Virus record (IMG/VR): IMGVR_UViG_3300034284_000578
Span: 1 to 64,000 of that record
Strand: one strand, 5' to 3'
Source of the DNA: a virus
Length of the DNA stretch: 64,000 nt
A model generated the notes under the pieces. The model saw only the letters and a program-made list of their open reading frames with translations, was not told the DNA's origin and ran no database searches. Positions 8,299 through 15,476 of this stretch are shown piece by piece (position 1 is the stretch's first letter; each line of letters opens with the position of its first letter). The position numbers and the translations under genes were made by a program.

Positions 8299-8328
8299 AG
8301 TTTACGGTTCTTTACAAAACCGTTTCAC

Positions 8329-8401
8329 GCCTCTATAGCTCAGTTGGCAGAGCATTCGGCTTTTAACCGATAGGTCGCAGGTTCGACCCCTGCTGGAGGC
8401 A
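8329..8401 (+). tRNA. tRNA-Lys(TTT)
   Basis: Full cloverleaf, anticodon loop CTTTTAA. Confidence 0.95.
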
Positions 8402-8474
8402 CTTCCAAAAGCAAATAAACTTAACGGCAGAGTTTATTTGTGTTTAAGTGAATGCCGGTTTGAAAGGTTTCGTT

Positions 8475-8729
8475 ATGACAACTATTACTAAGAAGGATCG
8501 TGTACTTAACTATCTCCACAGCGGTCGTGGTCTTACTTCCGCACAGGCTCGCAGGCTCTTCGGTGTGAAGAACTTCCGCGCCACCATCAGTAACATCAAG
8601 GAGACTGTTGAGCGTTACGGCAACTGGCGTATTGTTTCGCACACGAACCGCGACGGCGACACTCGCTACTTCATGAAGCGCGTGGCTCTCGTTGGTCCTT
8701 CTAACTACACCGTTGGCGGCTGCCGCTAA
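8475..8729 (+). CDS. Winged-helix DNA-binding protein
   Basis: KDRVLNYLHSGRGLTSAQARRLFGVKNFRATIS wHTH pattern; GAAAGG SD. Confidence 0.75.
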   Translation: MTTITKKDRVLNYLHSGRGLTSAQARRLFGVKNFRATISNIKETVERYGNWRIVSHTNRDGDTRYFMKRVALVGPSNYTVGGCR

Positions 8730-8754
8730 TCGGTAAATCCTCGGGTTGAGGGTT

Positions 8755-8790
8755 GAAGGAGCGGAGCATAAATAACTCCGCTCTTTCTTT
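8755..8790 (+). terminator. Terminator hairpin with CATAAATA in its loop
   Basis: GAAGGAGCGGAG-CATAAATAA-CTCCGCTCTTTC-TTT. Confidence 0.65.
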
Positions 8791-8792
8791 AA

Positions 8793-8863
8793 TGCCCTGT
8801 GATGTAACGGTAACATGGGAGGCTTTGAACCTCCTCTTCTTGGTTCGAATCCAAGCGGGGCAG
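8793..8863 (+). tRNA. tRNA-Gln(TTG)
   Basis: Cloverleaf, loop CTTTGAA. Confidence 0.93.
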
Positions 8864-8865
8864 TT

Positions 8866-8937
8866 GCCACTTTAGCTCAATGGTAGAGCAGTGCTTTTGT
8901 AAAGCACAGGTTGCGGGTTCGAGTCCAGTAAGTGGCT
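8866..8937 (+). tRNA. tRNA-Thr(TGT)
   Basis: Cloverleaf, loop TTTGTAA. Confidence 0.92.
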
Positions 8938-8957
8938 TTTCTGAATAAGGAGATGTT

Positions 8958-9143
8958 ATGGAAGGTAAACACGGCGCTGGTAAAGGTGATGCTTATCGCC
9001 GAGTAGACTGGGATAAGTATTCAGAAAACTATGACAGAATCTTTGGAAAGAAAGGAAATGACAATGATTCAACTAGTAGGATTGACGACGGGCGAACAAC
9101 TAATCGCAAAGGTAGAGCAACAGGAAAACGGTCTTCTTCTTAA
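8958..9143 (+). CDS. Small phage protein (GKGD..R..D...Y..NYDRIF)
   Basis: AAGGAG SD; motif recalled from T4-like phages. Confidence 0.65.
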   Translation: MEGKHGAGKGDAYRRVDWDKYSENYDRIFGKKGNDNDSTSRIDDGRTTNRKGRATGKRSSS

Positions 9144-9372
9144 GAAGGCTGCCATTCTTGTTCCGGCAGGTAAGGGAGAACTCGGAATGGCTCCGTGGAT
9201 TCCTTATGGTGAGATTGAGAATGGTATTTTGGTCCGCTGGAACGCAATTGCTTGGCATGTTGATGCTAAGATGGATCTTGCAAATCACTACAACAGTGCA
9301 TTTGGCAATGGCTTGGTTGTTCCGGTGCAGCAAGAAGTTGTTGCTCCTGAACTAAAATTAGTTGAAGGTTGA
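9058..9372 (+). CDS. Sm-like fold phage protein
   Basis: IQLVGLTTGEQLIAKV...MAPWIPY...YNSAFG pattern. Confidence 0.6.
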   Translation: MTMIQLVGLTTGEQLIAKVEQQENGLLLKKAAILVPAGKGELGMAPWIPYGEIENGILVRWNAIAWHVDAKMDLANHYNSAFGNGLVVPVQQEVVAPELKLVEG

Positions 9373-9420
9373 TTCAACTTCTGATATAATGCGGGTATGA
9401 AAGTGCCCGCATTATTCTTT

Positions 9421-9494
9421 GTTCCCGTAGCTCAGTTGGATAGAGCATTCGCCTTCTAAGCGAATGGTCAGTGGTTCGAATCCACTCGGGAACG
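9421..9494 (+). tRNA. tRNA-Arg(TCT)
   Basis: Cloverleaf, loop CTTCTAA. Confidence 0.95.
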
Positions 9495-9513
9495 CTTTGA
9501 AAGGGTTTATATT

Positions 9514-9969
9514 ATGATTACAACAACATCTACAATTTACGGCGAAGGTCAGCGTTTCACTTCTTCAAACTATCAGGGTTCAACTTACATGGGTGTTTCG
9601 TACACACTACCACTTAAGTTTGATGGCTCTTTGAGCATGACTACTGAAACTAAAGAAGCAATTGAAATGCCAACGGTTAGTAATTATACCAATACGGCTA
9701 CTCCGTTCTTTATGGGTTCATTTGATGGTTTTTGGATTCATAAGTTGTATCGTGAGGGTAATTTGGTGTATACTGTACAGGGTGTAGATCAGGATATGTT
9801 TTTACCAATTGCACACGATTATGTTGAAAGTGTCGCAATGATTACTGCCGGAAATGAAAGTATTCCGTGTCCCGATTGCCCTGTTCGTCCGCCAGTACCA
9901 GCACCGAGCGTGTCCGTTATGCTTGGTGTTGCGGCTTTGTTTGCGATCTCGCGTAAGCGAAAGATTTAA
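9514..9969 (+). CDS. Protein with a PEP-CTERM-like (VPAP) sorting tail
   Basis: C-terminal VPAPS + hydrophobic helix + RKRK. Confidence 0.7.
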   Translation: MITTTSTIYGEGQRFTSSNYQGSTYMGVSYTLPLKFDGSLSMTTETKEAIEMPTVSNYTNTATPFFMGSFDGFWIHKLYREGNLVYTVQGVDQDMFLPIAHDYVESVAMITAGNESIPCPDCPVRPPVPAPSVSVMLGVAALFAISRKRKI

Positions 9970-10347
9970 ATGACTAATACAACTCTCGATTCTTTGCTTG
10001 ATGTTGCTTATCCTATTTGCCTGGATATTCCCAGGCAAAAGAAGCATGTCTCAATTATTGTGCATAAGCACAAGATTGTTTCTGTTGGTATGAATCGTTT
10101 CAAGACTCACCCCAAGGCGAAGGAAATTGGCTATATGTACGAAGAAATGCATTCCGAACTGGACGCATTTCAGAAGATCGAAAAGCGGCTTCTTGGAAAG
10201 AAGTTGCACCTAATCAATATTAGGTTTAATCAATTTGGCGACATGCGTATGGCTCGTCCTTGTGAACTTTGCATGCCTTGGTGTGTTAAGGTTTTTCACA
10301 GCATTCGTTTTACTACAAATGATGGTTTTGAGCAGTTGGCATACTAA
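9970..10347 (+). CDS. Zn-dependent deaminase (CDA/TadA-like fold)
   Basis: HSE...RPCELC motifs; VSVGMN strand. Confidence 0.8.
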   Translation: MTNTTLDSLLDVAYPICLDIPRQKKHVSIIVHKHKIVSVGMNRFKTHPKAKEIGYMYEEMHSELDAFQKIEKRLLGKKLHLINIRFNQFGDMRMARPCELCMPWCVKVFHSIRFTTNDGFEQLAY

Positions 10348-10381
10348 ATAGTTGTGGACATTCTAATAAGGAGATACCTTT

Positions 10382-10741
10382 ATGCGTATTCAGGAAATGT
10401 GTTACGAACTCCGCAATCTCGCCCGCAAGGAAGAAGATTTACCCAAAAAGGATCTCTATTATCAAAGCGCAAAAGCACTTGAAACTTTGTTGAATATGGT
10501 TAAAATGGGCGATCTCATCGTTGCAGAAATGGAAGTATGCAAAAAGAATCCCGACAAGTGCCGTCCATGTGATTGGCAAGCAGAAGCACCCAAAGAATGG
10601 CCAATCAGCGAAGAACCAATCAAAATGATAGATGACTTCATCAAAGAATTGGCAGTGTTCCAATACATTGATCTGAAGGCACGGCACGGAGCAGAGAACG
10701 ATTACGGTTACTGGCACGACAAGCGAGAATATAAAGAATGA
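10382..10741 (+). CDS. Hypothetical protein
   Basis: AAGGAG SD; ACTAAATA upstream. Confidence 0.65.
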   Translation: MRIQEMCYELRNLARKEEDLPKKDLYYQSAKALETLLNMVKMGDLIVAEMEVCKKNPDKCRPCDWQAEAPKEWPISEEPIKMIDDFIKELAVFQYIDLKARHGAENDYGYWHDKREYKE

Positions 10742-11013
10742 CCTACAGATTACACATCGACATTCCAATTAACGGCGACGAAGCGCAAGCACTCGAAGTT
10801 GCACGAGAGATTATTCGTTTTTGCTATGACAATGGCATTTCTGAAAAGAGAATGCGTGAACTTGGTCTAGAGCAAATCAACTACCGTCTTGGTCATGACG
10901 AAGATCGCCAGAAGAGTAACTACTTTATGAAGACTCCTTCTGGCCATGTGAACAACAAAAAGTCCAAGATTGTTTATACTACCTCCTTGACAAACGAAGA
11001 AGAATCAGTATAA
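10738..11013 (+). CDS. Hypothetical protein
   Basis: ATGA overlap with the upstream gene. Confidence 0.65.
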   Translation: MTYRLHIDIPINGDEAQALEVAREIIRFCYDNGISEKRMRELGLEQINYRLGHDEDRQKSNYFMKTPSGHVNNKKSKIVYTTSLTNEEESV

Positions 11014-11014
11014 T
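10987..11014 (+). promoter_or_regulatory. Sigma70-type promoter for tRNA-Ile
   Basis: TTGACA-N16-TATAAT. Confidence 0.75.
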
Positions 11015-11027
11015 ACATCTATAACTT

Positions 11028-11099
11028 GCGCGATGGGCGGACGGTTTTCGCAGGCCGACTTATAATCGGTTCAATCAGGTTCGATTCCTGAATCGCGTA
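11028..11099 (+). tRNA. tRNA-Ile(TAT)
   Basis: GCGCGAT/ATCGCGT acceptor, GCCGA-CTTATAA-TCGGT anticodon arm, TCAGG-TTCGATT-CCTGA T arm. Confidence 0.85.
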
Positions 11100-11102
11100 C
11101 TT

Positions 11103-11303
11103 ATGACACTGCCACAAGAAGAAGTTCAAAGTTTACAAGCAGTTCGTAGATTTCTTTACGATCTACTTGATCCGTCAAAGACTCCTCGCGTCCCTAAGGC
11201 AATTCGGCAGCGAGCGTACAGAGTTTGTAAGCACTTCCCTATGGATTATTCCATAGAACAACGCTACCCGGATGTTTTTCAAAATGACAAGCAAACAATT
11301 TGA
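11103..11303 (+). CDS. Conserved small phage protein (TPRVPKAIRQRA)
   Basis: Motif recalled from T4-like phages. Confidence 0.65.
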   Translation: MTLPQEEVQSLQAVRRFLYDLLDPSKTPRVPKAIRQRAYRVCKHFPMDYSIEQRYPDVFQNDKQTI

Positions 11304-11709
11304 TTTTGAAGATTGGAAAGCAAAGTATCCCCTGTGCTTTAAGAATGAAGGTTGTTGCATTCTTTTTGGTATAGAGTGTGGTATTGGTTGGACTGAAATT
11401 CTTCATGAACTTCTACAAAAGATAGAAAACTATCTTGATGCCAATCGTGATAAGTTTGTGGATGTTGAATTCCCATTCCGCATAGATCAGGTCAAAGAAA
11501 AGTTTGGCACTCTTCGTTTCTATGTTAGTGGTGCCGATAATCAAATTTTTGATTGGATTATTGAAGCGGAAAGAAAGAGTGGCAAGACTTGTGAAGTTTG
11601 TGGTAATCCCGGTCAAGTTTGTGTAACTCAAGGTGGTTTTTGGCTTAAAACAGTTTGCGAAGAACACCGAATGGATCGTTATGTTCCTTACACGGAGGAC
11701 GGCAAGTGA
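11284..11709 (+). CDS. Conserved phage protein (QVKEKFGTLRFY, C-terminal Zn ribbon)
   Basis: GWxxIL, QVKEKFGTLRFY, CEVCG...C..H motifs. Confidence 0.7.
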   Translation: MTSKQFDFEDWKAKYPLCFKNEGCCILFGIECGIGWTEILHELLQKIENYLDANRDKFVDVEFPFRIDQVKEKFGTLRFYVSGADNQIFDWIIEAERKSGKTCEVCGNPGQVCVTQGGFWLKTVCEEHRMDRYVPYTEDGK

Positions 11710-11930
11710 GCGACCAAGAACTCAACGACTTGCTAAAGGAGTTTGACAACCCGCATCATTGCTATCCGCAGAGTTTGGTTGATGCCATCCGCCTGTTGGT
11801 CAAGGAGCGTGACGAGGCGAGGCGCGAGGTGTGCCAGTTCCGATCCACTTCATACCCACATGACATGAAGGAAGTGTATGAAATTGCGGATTCCCGTGGC
11901 TGGGATTGCTTCAAGGAGGGTGGCAAATGA
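11706..11930 (+). CDS. Small phage protein (ERDEARREVC)
   Basis: GTG start after GGAGG; locally higher GC. Confidence 0.55.
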   Translation: MSDQELNDLLKEFDNPHHCYPQSLVDAIRLLVKERDEARREVCQFRSTSYPHDMKEVYEIADSRGWDCFKEGGK

Positions 11931-12472
11931 GCGAAACTCGTAACATCATCGATCACTATCATTACTGGAAGCACGAAGATATTGTTGCAGATCTTGACAC
12001 CAAGCGCAACAACTTTACTGTTCTTTGTAGTAATCTTGGAAATGATTTCAATATTGCTACGGTGATTCGTAATGCTAATGCATTTCTAGCCAACTCCGTT
12101 TGGATTTATGGAAATAAGCAATATGATCGTCGTGGAACTGTCGGTACACACAACTACACCCACTTCCGCCATTTTAAGGAAGATCAAGAAGCAGAACTTC
12201 TAAAGGCAATGCGTGGCATGTATGTTGTTGGAGTTGACAATGTTGGAGATGCTAAGCCAATTGATGAGTTTAGTTGGCCGTGCAGTAAGCCTGTCCTCAT
12301 GATTTTTGGACAGGAGCAGATTGGAATCCCGAAGAAACTGCTTGACTTGTGTGATGAGTTGGTGTATATTAGGCAGTATGGATCAGTGAGAAGTCTAAAT
12401 GTTGGAACAGCCAGCGGTATCGCAATGTACGATTACTGCTCTAAGGTTTGCAACGGAGTGCAAATAGGTTGA
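11927..12472 (+). CDS. SpoU/TrmH-family RNA 2'-O-methyltransferase
   Basis: N-x-A-x-x-x-R-N motif, FGQEQIGI, SLNVGTASGIAMY SPOUT knot motifs. Confidence 0.88.
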   Translation: MSETRNIIDHYHYWKHEDIVADLDTKRNNFTVLCSNLGNDFNIATVIRNANAFLANSVWIYGNKQYDRRGTVGTHNYTHFRHFKEDQEAELLKAMRGMYVVGVDNVGDAKPIDEFSWPCSKPVLMIFGQEQIGIPKKLLDLCDELVYIRQYGSVRSLNVGTASGIAMYDYCSKVCNGVQIG

Positions 12473-12529
12473 TAAATACATTCGCTGGGCCCCGGCGATA
12501 TTATGATGAAGTGATTATTGGGGCTTTCT

Positions 12530-12603
12530 GCACCTATAGATTAACCGGCTAAATCCCCGCCCTTTCAAGGCGGTGACTCGGGGTTCGAGTCCCCGTAGGT
12601 GTA
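12530..12603 (+). tRNA. tRNA-Glu(TTC)
   Basis: Cloverleaf, loop CTTTCAA. Confidence 0.93.
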
Positions 12604-12650
12604 CTAAAGTTAAGATTCTGTTCAAAATATGGTAAGGCAAACATACTTGC

Positions 12651-12917
12651 ATGGAAACAATACTACTTTCGATATCAGGTCTGTGCGCTATCATTGCCTT
12701 TCAAATTTGGTACTATAGAACTGCTTATCACAATGGTTATCAAGATGGAAACCATAGTGGCATCAGTCAAGGGCTCTTTATGGCAAAAGAGCGTGAAAAC
12801 AAGCGGTCGTCGTATAATGGCTCATTACGCGGGTTTTCCAAACCCGACATGAGAGTTCGATTCTCTCCTACCGCACTTTATGATGACAAAACTAATAAAA
12901 TCAAGATACGGAGTTAA
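12651..12917 (+). CDS. Small membrane-anchored protein whose 3' part overlaps tRNA-Gly
   Basis: N-terminal TM helix followed by AYHNGYQDG. Confidence 0.5.
   Translation: METILLSISGLCAIIAFQIWYYRTAYHNGYQDGNHSGISQGLFMAKERENKRSSYNGSLRGFSKPDMRVRFSPTALYDDKTNKIKIRS
12803..12875 (+). tRNA. tRNA-Gly(TCC)
   Basis: Cloverleaf, loop TTTCCAA; one acceptor-stem mismatch. Confidence 0.85.
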
Positions 12918-13140
12918 TCGCCTCATTACAGAAGAAGCGGACGGTTCCCTGACAATTGAAGGGGAATCTCTGTTCTATCGTTGCTCTGGCAACGAGAAGG
13001 ATCTAGAGATGTTCGACTTTGAAGGTGGACCATTTTTAATGGTCGGAGATCCTATGATGGAGTTCGAAGGCACCATCAAGTCGATTGAATTGCTAGAATC
13101 CAAAGACAACAATGTTAGAATAAAAGTGAGATGTGAATGA
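12880..13140 (+). CDS. Hypothetical protein (FDFEGGPFL)
   Basis: ORF track; motif recalled from phages. Confidence 0.6.
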   Translation: MMTKLIKSRYGVNRLITEEADGSLTIEGESLFYRCSGNEKDLEMFDFEGGPFLMVGDPMMEFEGTIKSIELLESKDNNVRIKVRCE

Positions 13141-13310
13141 GCGAACACATAGAACAACGACTAAGAAATATGGCTAATAAATGGCACGATGCAAACCGCG
13201 AGGTGTTTGAAGTTTGCCGTGATGCCGCAGAAGAGATTCGCGTACTTAGAGAAATACAGAAGGTAAAAAATGAATATGGATCACAACGACTGGTTGAAGG
13301 AGCAGACTAA
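13137..13310 (+). CDS. Small protein, 57 aa (MSEHIEQRLR...DAAEEIRVLR); not in the ORF track
   Basis: ATGA overlap with the upstream gene; AA-x-EI-x-x-LR phage motif. Confidence 0.6.
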   Translation: MSEHIEQRLRNMANKWHDANREVFEVCRDAAEEIRVLREIQKVKNEYGSQRLVEGAD

Positions 13311-13509
13311 TCGCTCTCCTGAGCGTTCTTGGGAGTTTGAAGATGTTTTGATGAATAATCAAGCATTGCGTTTGCGTAATCAAATGTTGGAAATTGAAAA
13401 CGATAAGTTACGTGAACGAGTTTTAAATTTAGAAAAAGAAATTTCTCAAATTAAGCGCGAGGCCATGCAAAAGTTTCAAAATGGTTGGGGAAAGGGTAAG
13501 GATGAGTAA
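13270..13509 (+). CDS. Coiled-coil hypothetical protein
   Basis: ORF track; heptad pattern. Confidence 0.6.
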   Translation: MNMDHNDWLKEQTNRSPERSWEFEDVLMNNQALRLRNQMLEIENDKLRERVLNLEKEISQIKREAMQKFQNGWGKGKDE

Positions 13510-13774
13510 CGAAGAAAAGATTAAGCAACTTGAAGAAGAAAATAAGAAACTTAGAGAAACTATGTTCCGCGCATGGGCTATCCTCGTAGACTATGATGGA
13601 TACTACAGCGAAACGCTAAAAAAGGGCGATGTGCATGGATTGGCTTCTATTGTAAAAGAAGCAGTGCATATTCTAAATACTCCTCGCCGCGACGCACTTG
13701 ATAGACTGGCACAATTAGATGAAGAACTTGGTCTATATGACGACTTTATAAGCGATCAAAAGGAAATGGACTAA
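13502..13774 (+). CDS. Hypothetical protein
   Basis: ORF track; start at MSNEEK. Confidence 0.6.
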   Translation: MSNEEKIKQLEEENKKLRETMFRAWAILVDYDGYYSETLKKGDVHGLASIVKEAVHILNTPRRDALDRLAQLDEELGLYDDFISDQKEMD

Positions 13775-13782
13775 ATAATCTT

Positions 13783-14133
13783 TGGTATTGTTGATATTGG
13801 ATTGAAATGCGAACAACACAGGGGTTCGATTCCCCTCGGCTCCATTAGCCTAACCGAAATAGATTCTGCAAGTCTATTAGAGATGGCGAGTAAAGTCCTC
13901 TTTGCAGGGGGCAATTCCTGAAGCCCGGGCTTCAGGTATTTAAGGGGCTGAACTGGCTTCGATTGGCGCAGAGTAATGAAGAAGGAGATACCCGACACGG
14001 GTAACAAGTGTCGTAAATAAACAGTTGCAAAAATTGATTGCCGCACCAATGGCAATGGCTGCTTGAAGCAGTGGGGTCTGATCCACCCGCGACTGAACGG
14101 ATCACGGTTGTTGGGGAGAAATCCTCAACAACC
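13783..14133 (+). ncRNA. ssrA: Circularly permuted (two-piece) tmRNA
   Basis: Acceptor piece ...GGGGTTCGATTCCCCTCGGCTCCA ends at 13844, before the coding piece GGGGCTGAACTGGCTTCGA starting at 13944; G3.U70 pair; PK1-like CCCGACACGGG...GTGTCG; tag ...GCC GCA CCA ATG GCA ATG GCT GCT TGA. Confidence 0.88.
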
Positions 14134-14135
14134 AC

Positions 14136-14164
14136 TTGCATTGAAGACAGAGGCATGATATAAT
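14136..14164 (+). promoter_or_regulatory. Sigma70-type promoter
   Basis: TTGCAT-N17-TATAAT upstream of the tRNA-Leu pair. Confidence 0.65.
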
Positions 14165-14173
14165 ACAGTTCAC

Positions 14174-14256
14174 GCCCGCATGGTGGAATGGCAGACACAG
14201 CGGATTCAAAATCCGCTGCCCTAAGAAGCGTGTAGGTTCAAGTCCTACTGCGGGTA
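14174..14256 (+). tRNA. tRNA-Leu(CAA)
   Basis: Cloverleaf with long variable arm, loop TTCAAAA. Confidence 0.93.
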
Positions 14257-14260
14257 CTAC

Positions 14261-14334
14261 GGCACGGTAGACCAATCGGCAGAGTCAATAGACTTAAAAT
14301 CTGTGTAGTGTGGGTTCGAGTCCCACCCGTGCTA
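14261..14334 (+). tRNA. tRNA-Leu(TAA), short variable loop
   Basis: Cloverleaf, loop CTTAAAA. Confidence 0.88.
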
Positions 14335-14337
14335 CTT

Positions 14338-14526
14338 ATGAATCCAAAGTATTACACAATCGAACGAATCAACAAGGCGCTACTAGAATTGTCTACGCCT
14401 CGTGCTTTAATGCACGAATATACTACTGATAGTATTGTTGATTTATTAAATGATGTTCGTGATGAGTTGATGGGATTTTATCACAAACAGGATATTCGTC
14501 GTAGATTCGACGAGGAGAGCGGTTAA
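14338..14526 (+). CDS. Hypothetical protein
   Basis: Start revised to the ATG after the tRNA. Confidence 0.55.
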   Translation: MNPKYYTIERINKALLELSTPRALMHEYTTDSIVDLLNDVRDELMGFYHKQDIRRRFDEESG

Positions 14527-14747
14527 TGGCTAAGGGAAAAATTAAAAACAAAAACAAGAAGCCAACTGCAAACGAAGAGTATTATTTTGTTGCACATGTT
14601 GATGCCAACGGAGAAGTAACATCATTACTTTTAACTGATGTTGAATATAACCGAGCAAAGATAAGAGCAGAGAACAATCCAGAAGATGTACCGGAACATT
14701 TTATTGTGTTCCATCAGGAGCATAAAGATGGCAAAGAAGAGAGTTAA
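14526..14747 (+). CDS. Hypothetical protein
   Basis: TAATG coupling; LLLTDVEYNRAKIRAENNPED. Confidence 0.6.
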   Translation: MAKGKIKNKNKKPTANEEYYFVAHVDANGEVTSLLLTDVEYNRAKIRAENNPEDVPEHFIVFHQEHKDGKEES

Positions 14748-15099
14748 AAAGTCTATTGATAAAATTACAAAATTATGGTCACCAAAAGGTGCCATCAATT
14801 GGGTTTTAGATGAAACTTTTGATAAGTTTACATTCCGTTTGAAGTACGCACCAATTGCTGTTCTTCTAGAAGAACACGGTTACTTGAGAGAAGCCCAAGG
14901 TTGTCTTATTGAACAACATAAGGGCGAAACCAAGAATTATTATGATAACCCAAAGCGCAAAGATTTGCAAATTCGTATTGAATTTGTAGAAGAAAAGATT
15001 ATGGCAAAGTATTATGGGCTTCAAGATGCCATTGAGCGCATGGACTATTATGACTCATTAGAAGCCAGAACGAAACAAGAAAAGACAGAAGAAAAATGA
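14728..15099 (+). CDS. Hypothetical protein
   Basis: Start at MAKKRV after AGGAG. Confidence 0.6.
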   Translation: MAKKRVKKSIDKITKLWSPKGAINWVLDETFDKFTFRLKYAPIAVLLEEHGYLREAQGCLIEQHKGETKNYYDNPKRKDLQIRIEFVEEKIMAKYYGLQDAIERMDYYDSLEARTKQEKTEEK

Positions 15100-15476
15100 A
15101 TACTTTGTTTGTAGATGATAGTACTGAGCGTTGGAGTGAATATTCCAAGCAAGCAACAGAAATGAATTGGTGTGCGGCTTGGGCTATCAACTATAATGCT
15201 GCAACTAATGGTTTTGGTTATCGCCAATACGATATTGTGTTTTTAGATCACGATCTTGGTGAAGAGGATAAGACCGGTTATGATGTTGCAAAATACATGG
15301 TAGAGCATAATATTAAGTGTGGTATGGTCGTTGTTCATACCATGAATCCTGTTGGTGGAAACAACATACATACTTTGCTTCAGAATTTTGGTTACAAAAT
15401 TCTTAAAGTTGCCGGTTGTTGGAATGATCCGGTACTGATGAGAAGTTTGGACGGAATTTTGAGAAACATTCCCTGA
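15096..15476 (+). CDS. Cyclic-phosphate-processing receiver (REC-like) domain protein
   Basis: LFVDD, FLDHDLG, TGYDV, VHTMNPVG motifs. Confidence 0.75.
   Translation: MNTLFVDDSTERWSEYSKQATEMNWCAAWAINYNAATNGFGYRQYDIVFLDHDLGEEDKTGYDVAKYMVEHNIKCGMVVVHTMNPVGGNNIHTLLQNFGYKILKVAGCWNDPVLMRSLDGILRNIP

Noticed and set aside
8421-8870. 149-aa minus-strand ORF
   Set aside because: Antisense shadow of the wHTH gene and tRNA-Gln
13771-14198. Two minus-strand ORFs (94 and 88 aa)
   Set aside because: Antisense to the tmRNA and tRNA-Leu
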